64,000 nucleotides of DNA from Marsupella aquatica (lineage: Eukaryota; Plantae; Marchantiophyta), in the NCBI GenBank assembly GCA_973895155.1, contig OZ316897.1, positions 2,867,416 to 2,931,415 of the forward strand. Direction: 5' to 3'. The notes below the pieces were generated by a model that ran no database searches, was not told the DNA's origin, and was given only the letters and a program-made list of their open reading frames with translations. This document shows, in pieces, positions 11,303-22,167 of this stretch. The translations under genes and the position numbers were made by a program. Numbering within the stretch: position 1 is the stretch's first letter; each line of letters starts with the position of its first letter.

Positions 11303-14300
11303 ATGGCTGCTAGTGGAAAGAGTGGATCTGCTGAGGCAGAAAGTCTCATGACAAGCCTCACCAATGCAATTTGGACAAGTGAAGACATTTGTGAAGAGAT
11401 CAAGTGTATCAAGAAGTCATGGTACTTCCATGACGCCAGATTACAGTCCACGGGTTTCGAAGACTGTGTTACCCCAATCCTTTGGGTCCAGTTGCAAAAA
11501 TTGGTGAAGGTTAATGTTTCGTATGGCCCTGTCATTGCTATTGCCGTCGTCGAGTTCATGGTTGGCCACGGGGAGGGAAAAGTGTTGACAGAGGGCCTTA
11601 GTTTCTTGACAATGTGTGGGCGCAAGGGTTTCACATCTCTCATTGTTACTCTCGATAACTTTGATGAGAAATCGATGGACAGTTATCCAGAAGATCCCCT
11701 TGTTGCCGATGTTCGGGCAACAAGAGAGATGAATGTTATGGGTTCGGCTTGGATCAGCCAGTATGTGCAAGATTGTGATGCCATCATGCTTCCAAGGGTG
11801 AACGCAGAGTACAAGAGACTTGTGGGTGAAGAGTTCAAACCTGTCCGCAAAATTGTTTTCAAGAAACCAGGTTCAAGTGGAAGCGGTGGTTCTAATGCCG
11901 ATAAAATATCGGGGCGGAAAGAACCATTGCAATCCTCTACACATATTGACGTGGACGAACCTACAACTTCTGGTCGGGTTTCGGGAAGTGGAAAAGGGAA
12001 AGGGAGAGGTAGCGGCAGGGGAGATGCCGCGGGAACCTCTGACGGTGGGAAGAAGAGCCAGGAAACTAGCGGTAGTGGGAGAGGCCGGGGCAACCATCGA
12101 GGACCATCCGTTAAACCAAGCGAAAGTAAAGGATCCGAGGGATCCGGGCCATCTGGTTCTGGACTTAGCACAAAGAGGAAGAGGACTGGCTGGACTGAGA
12201 CGGTGGCTGCAGAAGTAGATAGAGCTCCGTCAATTCCATCAGTTCTAGTCGCGGTTCCTACGGCGCCATTGGTAAGTACTACGTCGTTGTACTGTTTAAC
12301 AAACATGAAATCCGATAAAAATCTCCCTGTTTATTTCCTGAATTGCGGATTGTGGAGTTATGTTGAACAAATGCGAACTCCGATAAAAATCTCGCAGTTT
12401 CTTTCCTTAATTGAATTTGCAACGCTTTTGTAGGCTGATCAGGAGGAGGAGACGGCTCTTTCGATGTATGAGACGGACGCGATCAAGGCAGAGCTCAGTC
12501 TTCTAATGCAACGAAGGGTGCAAAGGACAACTGTGCTTCTGCATGTCGACAATCTCATATTTGATGAGGAGGGGGATTTGACAACTTTGATTAGACCAGT
12601 GGATAGATTGCATGTGGAAAATATCAAGATACTTCTCATGAAAAACCCCACCAACTTCAGTGCCCCGTTCGTGCTGTGTGTGGATCCGAAGGATTGTCCC
12701 ACAACCGCAGATTGGGACATCCTGAAGTCAAGGGTATGGAAGTATAGAATTATTGGAGGGAATCATGGTGCTCGGGCAAAGTCCGAGTTGTTTAAAATGT
12801 ATGGGAAGCAAATATATGGTGAGCTGGAAGCTTGGGTTTATGCTGGGCTTACGAGATCCGAGGTCCGAAAGTTAGGCTTCCAGCATAACTATGACCAGGA
12901 GTATCGGAAGAACATGACTAAAATTGACCAAGTTCGCGCTTGTCACAATATTTTCCTTGAAATGGGTGTGGGCTCGACTAAAGATGTCCGCGAAGCATGT
13001 TGTCAAGAATGCATGATGGAGTACACGTCAGGAGTTCGTGACTCCATGGCCAAACATGATCCGGCTTTCCAAATTGCTTTCCGAACAGGTGAAATTTGGG
13101 ATCTTCAGGAGCAGATTTTCCAGATGTGGGAGAAAGGTATTGTCTTAGGACAACCCAAAAAAATTGTGGCAACGACGAACGCAAAGGGAAAGGTGAAACC
13201 TTTGACGGTAAGGGAGATTAAAATGAATAAACTTGCTGGTGACCTCAACTTAAATTCATTTCGAGGTCTCCAAGGACTGTCAAATAAGGAGCATGTCAAG
13301 CGTCTCTTGAATAGGGTTATCAGGAAGGTGATCACTTTGGATCAAATGCACAAGGAAGGTGAGAAGTTGAAAAAGCTTGCCAAGGTGAAGAAACTATTTT
13401 TGCAGATATCTGGTCAGCCAGATTGGGCAACATGCAGAGAAATGTTTCCCAACAAAACAGATGTCTCGGTCCTTGGCATATGGGCGGAGAAATTGAGTGA
13501 CGCGGTAAGCATTCCTCTCACAGCATGCTCTATCGCGAGATTTTTATCGGCTTTAGCATTCCTTTGTTGGTTTCTAAGCGATTGCATCTATCAGCTAGCG
13601 TGCTCCATCGCGAGATTTTTATCGGCTTTAGCATTCCTTTGTTGGTTTCTAAGCGATTCCATTTATTGGCTAGCGTGCTCCATCGTGAGATTTTTATCGG
13701 CCTTAGCATTCATCTCACGCTATTCTAACTGTAGATGTGTCTGACATTCTTACAGCTGAAGATTAATTCAAAAAGGAAAAGCAAAGTGGTTCCGGCTGTC
13801 ACTTATAATTCTGCGGGGGAGGTTATTGTTCCCTCAGCTGAAATCCCTTATGTGTTTAATAATTTTGTGCTTGCTGCAATCGATAAGTACAATCGGCTGA
13901 GGTCCTTAGGCGAGGGCACAGCAGAAGTGTTTGAACAAACATGGAAAAATGCAGACGGGGATTCTTTTCCCTACTATCTCCATGTTGGTGATGTTTGAAT
14001 TTTGGATTCTTTTGTTCAGCCAAGGGCTTACACCCTTGCGGTTGCGGATATTCCGTATGGTTTTAATGCTCCTGGTTCGGAGTTTGATGAAGTGGCCTTC
14101 ACAGAAAAGGACATTTTAGACATGTTGACAAGTTTCTCAAAGATGACGACCGCTAAGCAGTGGAGGTTTGTTGTGATCCATTCACTACAACAAACGCATA
14201 TGGTGATGTCTGCACTGGAGAGTGTATGCAACTGTGGGGTCGAGGCTGGAATCTGGGAGAAGACTAACATTCATGAGCGTCCCGTTGGAGCTCGATTGGC

Positions 14301-14868
14301 ATGGGGTTTTGAGAACTGGTCGATAGGTTTCTATAGCGAGGAAGGCATTTGGAACATGAACATGTACAATTTCCAACCGGATGAGTCTCGCGTCAATATC
14401 ATCAAGGTTCCATGTGTAACCAAGAAGTCCGTTGATCCGTTGGGATTTGTTGTGAACCCATATCAGAAGCCTGTTGGTTTAGGGGCTTGGTTTGTTTCCC
14501 ATTTCTCTAAGAAAGAGGATTGGATTATTGATCTTTGTTGTGGAACCGGATTGACATTAGCTGCTACGCTCCTCAATTCTCGCCAGGGTTGTGCTGTTGA
14601 TAAGAGTTCTGCGCAGATTGGTTTTGTAAAATCTCGGATCATGATTCTGGAGTCAAACTGGAATTTATATGAAGAATCCCTGATTGAAGGGCACGGCGTT
14701 GAAGGTCATGAGATTCAACCACCAATTGCAGGCCAATTGGGTGTACTCGGGACATCGACTTACGTAGTTGAGGTCGTGAAGGAGACCAAAGAGGAACAAG
14801 AAGAAACTGAGGAAGAGCCTCCCAGAACACCAAATGAGGATGATCTCAACGACATGTTATTAGATTAG
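11303..14868 (+). pseudogene. ParB/Srx-like domain + beta-class amino DNA methyltransferase (N6_N4_Mtase-like) fusion, 3 exons (11303-12271, 12434-13504, 13756-14868), ~1050 aa, one premature TGA
   Basis: Two phase-0 GT-AG introns join the ORFs in frame. ParB signature IRPVD..HV..I...P.V....YRIIGGNHGARA. MTase motif IV ADIPYG is followed by PYQKPVGL..FSKKEDWIIDLCCGTGLTLAATL..RQGCAVDKS (motifs X/I). In-frame TGA at 13996-13998 in GDV*IL. Confidence 0.85.
13520..13715. repeat. Intronic 75-bp tandem repeat (~2.6 units), each unit with a GCGAGATTTTTATCGG palindrome variant
   Basis: Motif copies at 13535, 13610 and 13685 inside intron 2 of the ParB-MTase gene. Confidence 0.9.
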
Positions 14869-15104
14869 TTGCGTGTGCTCGTTAGGATAATGTCAATCAC
14901 CAATGAAGTTGTCGATAAATTTATCGACTTCTATATTCCATGAGGAAGAACCTTTGTCACATTTATTAATGCGATAAATTTATCGGACTTTGCATATATC
15001 GGACTGTCGCGGTGTTCCTGCTGGGGGAATGGAGTTGTCGATAATCTTATCGGACAGCATTGTATTCTCTAACTGGTTTGTCATTGCAATTATTTAAAAA
15101 AAAA

Positions 15105-15430
15105 CACTAGTACATATTAAGCTGATTTCCGATGCTCAATTTTTGCGAACAATCGGCGTCCGATTCTTTTAGCATCGGAAATTCCGATTATCAAAAAATG
15201 GCAATATGCCATACTCTCGGCTTTGGATATCTTCATTTCCGATATAATTGACAACGGAACCTTTCCGATGCGTTAAAAAACAGATCATATCCGTTAGAAA
15301 ACACATCGGATCCCTCAACAGAAACTTTGATTGATATGTCTGATGTTTTTTGTAACGAAAATGATGTGCGTTACAATATTGATCGGAAACTTTCCGTAGT
15401 TAATAATAACGGATATTATATCTGATTGTG
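15105..15430 (+). mobile_element. Possible CACTA element left end with TCCGAT subterminal repeats (truncated)
   Basis: CACTAGTAC at 15105 followed by many TTCCGAT/ATCGGA motifs. No matching right end found. Confidence 0.4.
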
Positions 15431-15435
15431 CTAAC

Positions 15436-15615
15436 ATGGCAAAGTCCGATGTTGGGAGAATGGGAAAGTCCGATGCTGGGAGTATGGGAAAGTCCGATGC
15501 TAGAAGAATGGGAAAGTCCGATGCTGGAAGAATGGGAAAGTCCGATGCTGGGAGTATGGGAAAGTCCGATGCTAGAAGAATGGGAAAGTCCGATGCTGGG
15601 AGTATGGGAAAGTCT
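15436..15615. repeat. 24-bp tandem minisatellite (~7.5 copies, ATGGGAAAGTCCGATGCTRGRAGW)
   Basis: Directly visible periodic array. Confidence 0.95.
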
Positions 15616-16137
15616 GGTTATGACAAAAAGAAAATTTTTGATTGTGTTAGAATGAAAAGTTTTGATGTGTTAGATGGGGTATGTGGTTGCACCGACATAC
15701 TCTTCCCAAAAGATGCAATCATTCTTGCATGCATGAATAACTTCATACTTGAGGCAAATGGACTTGAGTGTTGTTTTTGCCTCATTCCAAGACCCAACAT
15801 ATTGTTCCCTTACGAAAATATGTGCTCAACATGCCAAGTCCAAAATACATCATCTAGAAGGAGGTTGCTTGTCCCATGTAGTCTTTGTTGCAAGTCCAAC
15901 AACAACATAGTTGATAAAAGATGAGACAATCAGGAGCCATTGACGCTGAGGCTTTGGAAGGACCAAAATATCATCCATAACTAATAAGCCATAATTATCC
16001 CATATCAAATCTAATGAAGGAGGGCTTTACTATCGATGAATGACCCCTGCCAGATTTCTATTGGTTTCTCCTAGGGGAATGTAATAGGGTAACTAGAATA
16101 GGTCACTTGATGCAAAGATCTAATCTCATGGCCGACT

Positions 16138-18250
16138 TCAATGCCATTTGTGGTGCGACCCAATGTACCGAACAAAATCCACCGTCTCCCCCCAATCGAT
16201 TGTCATTGAAAGATGTTTGGCATGGAATACGGACCGAGCACTTCCATCTTCGAGTACTCTAGTAATCCGAAATTGTTTTTGGGCACTTATGCCGTGGAGA
16301 GTACGTAGAACCTGACCATCCATATCCTTGTCATTTGCTTGATCCTTGTCTGACACAAATTTCTTGAAATCGGCAACCTCGTCGACGAAAAATATCTTTG
16401 TCGTAGGATTGTAGGATTCCTCTATGATTGCTGAAAGAGTGTCCAACCGGAAAGCTTTCCGCTTGTTCAATTTTGAAGAAAACTTGCTAAACATTTGATC
16501 AATTTGATCATGGGTGTGCCCCACCAATAGGAAACCAACCTTTATTTTCTGGAAAACACCTATCTCCACCAACATATTCAAATATGCCATAAGATATTTA
16601 TTCTTGTTTTCCCAAGCTGTGTTATCAAGCTGGAGGTAAAGCACTAGAGGGAGCATACCTTCCCAGGTATTCAGAATATGCTGGATAACGTGGATGGTCA
16701 GGTTGCTATCATTGTGAATATTTGGATAGTTCAAAAAAACATTTGAACTTAATTGTTTGTTGAAGATCAAACAACCCACTACGTGTACGGGGATGAAATA
16801 CTTTTCATCCATATTCTTCGGACATCGAATGAAATGAGGTAACTCTATCTTCTTTTGATCCATTCCATCAATACAGATGCCCAAATATTTCTCCGGACTC
16901 TTGTAACATTTGCTCCGGTGCTTTGCTAACTTCTCCCTCTCGACTGCTTGTGCCTTCCGATGCTCGTTTAGCAATGTTGAGAATTTTCCTACAACAATAA
17001 AAATTTTTAGGACAAAACATGATAACCGCAATGTTGAACCCTGATAGCGATAAATTTATCGGGTTCAGTATTCAAACACGAGACCGTAATGATAAACCCT
17101 GACAACGATAAATTTATCGGGTTCAGTATTCAAACACAAGACCGTAATGAAAAACTATGACAGCGATAAATTTATCAGGTTCAGTATTCAAACTGTTCAA
17201 ACGATATATTCACTCACATGGCCAAAGAAGAAGCACATGAATACTCAACCCGATAAAATTATCGGGAGTAACACACAGGTTTAGAAATTTACTCTTTTCT
17301 GCTTCGAGTGTTGCCTTGTCACAGAGTGCTTTGAATTCAGTACACGGGGCGCAGGTGGAGAAACGGCTCCTTTTGGGGATGCGCACGTGAGGAAACTCCT
17401 TGTTCCAAATGCGAACAAACCATGAATATGTCATGCCTTGTTCTTGGCGCATTAGAGTTTCGGACTGGAAGGCATCAAAAACTTCTATTTTTGTCCAATT
17501 ATCACGTAAATGAAAGATATCCTTGTTGGGGAGACTCTCGACATTTGTGGAAAAAAAATCATCCAGCCATTGGACGAGACCAAGATGTGCGGGTGATTTT
17601 TCTCGACAAACTGTACCAATCTGTATCCGAGAAAACATGTTCTGCGAGATTTTTTGGAGACGATTATTTCCCAATGAAAATAATTTCTTAAAACCACTTC
17701 GACAAAAGGATCTACCGCTAACTGAGTAACCACTTGCACCAGCATGCCCACCCTTCACACATCCTCTTAGAAGGACGTTCTTCTCTGGGTAGGATAGCCC
17801 ATAGTAATAAGTGAGTTGTTTCGTCACGGCTAGCAGACCCAAATTCCGCAGACAGTAATTATCACAACACGAATACTTATGAATTTCTCTCATTTTGTTT
17901 CTATTCAATTTGTCATTTATCACATTGTCTTTCCTAGTAATTCGGTCCCTATCTTTTTTACTAGGCTCATTTGACTTCTCTACAACCTGAAATCCGTTCA
18001 TAACATTGGCATTTTCGGGTCCTTCAAGTGCCTCGCGAATAGATGCATCACTCTCTGCTGAGCTACCATCCTCTATAGATCTCCTTGACGCATTTAGAGG
18101 GGCACTGAATAGACGACTATAGCTATTCTCTTCGACAGCTCCTTCTAAACATTCAGACACAACTTGTGCTATTATATCGGATTCTCTATCTCCTTCCTCA
18201 TCTTCGTCCTCCGATGCACTCGACTCATTTGAAACACAATTGGACTCCAT
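16138..18250 (-). CDS. Sola-type (DUF7869-like) DDD transposase-like protein, 2 exons (18250-17293, 16988-16138); possibly 3'-truncated and with an upstream exon
   Basis: CCDNYCL, FCRSGFKKLF, FSTCAPC, ICIDGMDQ, LYLQLDNTAWENKN, FLLVGHTHDQIDQMFS. The phase-1 intron 16989-17292 joins EAEK-R-KFSTLL. Confidence 0.78.
17033..17195. repeat. Intronic 58-bp tandem repeat x3, each unit with CGATAAATTTATCG or a 1-mismatch variant
   Basis: Motif copies at 17047, 17105 and 17163 inside the Sola-like gene intron. Confidence 0.9.
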
Positions 18251-18939
18251 GGCTCTCTATACATAACCCGAACGCCACTAAGACCTCTCCTCGATACTTG
18301 GAGCTTGGAACCAATGACAGTCCGCCCTTGAGAACTTGGAGATTCTGGATTCGCACGTGCAGTCCCAACGACTCCGCGAGCTGCTGGAAAATTGAGCACT
18401 TGTTCACCACGATTCCCACGGACCATTCGAGAAAGGGCCAAGTCTGGACTTCACAGTCCGATTCCCTCACTTGCTCGCACATCCAGTCCAGGCAATGCAA
18501 AGACCGATCGCCGTATCGGTCTTTGTACTTCTGTGTCCCGATCCTCACTCGGAGACTGAAAGATCCATCGTTGAACTTGTGTTGAATGTGGCAACTTGAA
18601 TGCCGACTGCGATACACGTATCGGTCGCCGGATACCCTCTCCATAACCCGGGATGGATGGCCTGAAGCGACGTCTCGGACCTAAACCTGGGATTGAAAGT
18701 TTCTCATTTCTTGGCGATGGAACGCTCAAGAGACGACGCTTCTCAGGTTTACTAGGCGACACATAGTAAGCACTGGGCTCAGGACCAGAACTTGCATCAG
18801 AATCTGAGTCAGAGATTTCGGGCACTATTTGCTGTGAGAGAGGTAGAGCTTTAAGTATGCGACTTGGAAAACAGCGAGCGACAAGATTAGGAGAGGATTC
18901 AACTGAACTGGAAGGTGAATCTGTGTCTGATTGAGACAT
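18172..18939 (-). pseudogene. Ser/Pro/Arg-rich low-complexity ORF, possibly a 5' exon of the Sola-like gene, with one in-frame TGA
   Basis: The MSQSDTDSPSSS... frame continues through TGA 18451-18453 into ORF 18172-18441. Confidence 0.35.
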
Positions 18940-21900
18940 GGCTATCCGAGACACTATGGGGCTTTGCATTCCTCCCACAATCAGGGAAAACGAAAGGCTC
19001 AACGGACAGAATGTTGCTCCAAGAACACAACTCCCAAAACTCTACTCTCGATAATGACACCAAAAACTTATCGGCGGTGGCCCTTTTATAGTGTCTGTTG
19101 AGGGGTTGGCCCACGTGTCCACTTTTGATTGGCTGTCACCCTAAACGACAAAATAGCAGAAAAGGGTATATTTCTTGGATTTCCAATTTCATTCTCACAC
19201 GTGCATCGTGGCAAAATTATATAGTTTTGAAATTGAAGCGATAAATTTATCTGATGTTGGTATTGCAAAAGTGGTTCCTTCATATGGAAGTTGCAATTTT
19301 GAAATTGAAGCGATAAATTTATCTGATGTTGGTATTGCGAAGAGTTTTCTTCATATGGATAGGAATTTTGAAATTTAACCGATGAACCGAAGGATCTTAG
19401 TATTGTCGACTAGTATTTTTGTCGCCCGTAGTTTTCGCGATAATTTTATCGGACTGCGCATTGCTGTTGAAAGAATGGCATGTTGACTATGGTCACTTGC
19501 GGAGGTAACTGGTCAATTGCGGAGGTAATTGCAAGGTAAATTTGATGAACCGTGCAGTAATTCTTATCGACTGTGATGTAAAATATTTTTGGTAAATATC
19601 CAAAAACTGAGAAACTTGAGATTGGGTCGGAGTTTTTGTGGCTCAAATCCGGAGTCCGATACAGTTATCGCACTTGGCTCGAAACATGGATATGGATTTA
19701 TAGATAAGACCTTTCATATATCTTCGGAGAGCGTGAATATGAGGTCGAGGAGAAAGTTTTTCGGATCTAATTGTTCCTTGGTAATATGAATGTTTGTTAG
19801 CATGAATTTCATTGGTTTTGATCATTATTAAATTTGTTGTTTCAATCCGAACTCCGATACGAATTACATTATTTCCCCAAAAACGCGTTTTTGATGAAAA
19901 AAACTGCCGATTTCGCGAGATTCGGCGGAAAATAAAAATACACTTCTCGTTTAGAGGAAATAGTTCTCGTTCGGTCCAAAATCGTGTTTCAGGCTTATAT
20001 GTTGGAGCAGCGGGGCTATCTGGAGCCATCGTCATCACAGGTAATTTTGTGCTTCAATCTGTGATTGCCTTATCTTCGACGCACAACGATCTCTGGACAT
20101 AAATTTCTTGAGCTTTGCAATGCTGAAATCAGGGCTCCATGAAGTACATAGGACGCACCAGTTTGAATTCATTTTAAAGTTTGGTTTGAACTCCATCATA
20201 TTCGGGATGTGCAATGGAGGGCATCAGTTGCTTTGGACTTAGAACGGCCAAGAATCGGGAGGACGTGGCTTCTACAAAAGCCTCCTGACAGCCCGTGGTC
20301 CGAGAGGGAAGGTAAGGGCGCTCAGCTTTGAGCGGGTATTAACCCGTAAGTCAAGCCTAACGGAGCGGGTCAAAGCTGCCGCCCTGCCCAAGTTGGAACC
20401 CGTAACTTCATTTACGGGATGAGCAGTAATACCGCAACTTTTTGCCGTCCCGCTACTTTGAGACGCCCTAATGAAGTAAATGGTTGCAATGTGAGAGCAT
20501 CAGAGCAAGGTGTAGAAGGTGTAAATGGACAGGGAACAGTTGGGCCAAGAGTTGGGCCAAGAGCTGAAGTGAGAGCTAGACCGAGGCTGATTTAGACTAC
20601 GGGAACACGGTGTGCATAGTATGGGGCGTAAAGACAATGACACATGTGGCTGACAAGGAGGGGAGGGGGGGCAGGAGGGGGGGAAGAGGAGGGGAAGGTA
20701 AGAAAGGAGCATGGTTGGGGAGGCTGGGAAGAAAAAACAATTAAAATGAAAAGGGGGAAGAAAGAAGGGTTCACTGTTTTATTATTATTTTCTGCCCAAT
20801 ATAAGTTTTTTGCAAGGTGTTGTTGATGGGGAAGGCTTAGATAGAACACCTGTCCAAATCTTATGAGAAAAAAACTGTCTAGTAGTGCCATTTTGGTTGC
20901 AAAGAACATTAAGCCAAGGGGCAATGCAAATATAAATCAATAATGAAACAAAAACAAAAAAAAGGTCCATGCAAACAAGAGAAATAGGTCAGATGGTGAA
21001 TAGAAAATATAATAGCATGCATGCAGGCAAGGATAAGTAAAGTTGAAATGAGAGCCAAAAAGAAGCTACTCTAATTATGTGATATTGTTTCTAGTCTGAG
21101 CAAATTGAACATTTTGTTGCATCAATTAAAGATTGGGCAGTCTACTCAATTCAAAGTCTATCAATCCATAAATTGCTCTATTCTAAAGCTTATAAAGCTA
21201 TATCAATTTGGCTGATGACTTATGAAATGCAATAAAATTTCACCCTACTTGATTTTGGATTCCAATGACAAGTCCACGATAAGGCCTATGATTGCATTAC
21301 ATCAGTGATTTTTGTCACAAACACAAACAATGATATTTACAATGGCAAATACACATCATAGTTTGTGATTATTGCAACAAAACAGTTAGATCTAGGAATG
21401 GTGTAAACTTATGGCAATTGGAAATCAACATGCCAACTAACGAAGAGCACTGGCACAAAAATAACCTCTTGTAGTTACCATTTTTATTTGCATTTTGAAT
21501 TACAATTTAAATTATATCTTTATACTAGTAAACTCATTCACTTGAAAATAAACAACGACTACCTGTAGTCATTGGATTTTATTGATTGGTTGATGCACTT
21601 CCTGATGCACTTGAGCAATCAATGGTAACAAACTAAGAAGATGGTAAATGACAATGCAAAATGGTCACAAGAAAATATTCATGTCATTGGATTTTATATT
21701 GTGACAAATGAGATCAAATCCTTATAATTAACAATGACAGTAAACACATACTTGGATTTCATAGAGTGATGGATGAGATCAAATCTTGATAATTAATGGT
21801 GACCATGTGCACTTTAAACCAACCATACTTTAAGTTTTCCTTTAAGTTTGTCTTTCTTTTTATAATTTTTATGATATTGTTTTAATGCTACTCAAGTAAG

Positions 21901-22167
21901 TCTGAAGCAAGTTTTTTGGTTAAATAACAAGGAGGAAGTTTAGCATCTGTAAATGCATAAAATAAATATAGCCACTTTTCTTGTCTCACTTGAGCTTGTT
22001 TGGATTGAGAGTTTTTTTGATGTTGCGTCCTAGCTTGGGGATGTACTTAAAACATAAAATTTGAAGACAATTTGTCCCAAAACTTTCTCAAGTCCCTCAT
22101 CAAACCAATTAGATAAAAGAGACTGAAGGGGAACAATGCCCAAAACAATGAAGGAAAAACTGAATAA

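Larger units (their letters stand above)
2733..20469. mobile_element. Giant (17.7 kb) PIF/Harbinger-superfamily (Pangu-like termini) DNA transposon with cargo genes
   Basis: Left end AAT|AGGGCGTCTCAGAGTAG (TSD 2730-2732). Right end CTACTTTGAGACGCCCT|AAT (TSD 20470-20472). TIRs match 16/17. CCGTAA/TTACGG subterminal motifs at both ends. Harbinger transposase and partner gene lie inside. Confidence 0.88.

Noticed and set aside
13505-13744. Hydrophobic repeated C-terminus (LACSIARFLSALAFLCWF) suggesting a membrane anchor on the ParB ORF
   Set aside because: It is translated intron: GTAAGC donor at 13505, CAG acceptor at 13755, and a 75-bp DNA repeat.
11303-14868. Bacterial contamination or prophage as source of the ParB-MTase
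   Set aside because: The gene has spliceosomal introns and lies within eukaryotic TE termini, contiguous with plant genes.
4340-14868. Higher CpG retention in the palindrome-marked module than in the Harbinger core, as evidence of protection from methylation
   Set aside because: A rough hand count in two equal coding stretches gave similar CpG numbers; a proper observed/expected computation is needed.
15428-15924. ORFs with MGKSDAGS / WESPMLEE repeats
   Set aside because: By-product of a stop-free 24-bp minisatellite; the rest of the ORF is not protein-like.
7892-18453. Stop-codon recoding or U-to-C RNA editing explaining the in-frame TGAs
   Set aside because: Such editing is organellar in plants. 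Frameshifts also occur in the partner gene, so CpG decay is the simpler explanation.
8541-19671. CRISPR-like interpretation of the recurring palindrome
   Set aside because: Spacing is irregular, the repeat is only 14-18 bp, there are no cas genes, and the context is eukaryotic.
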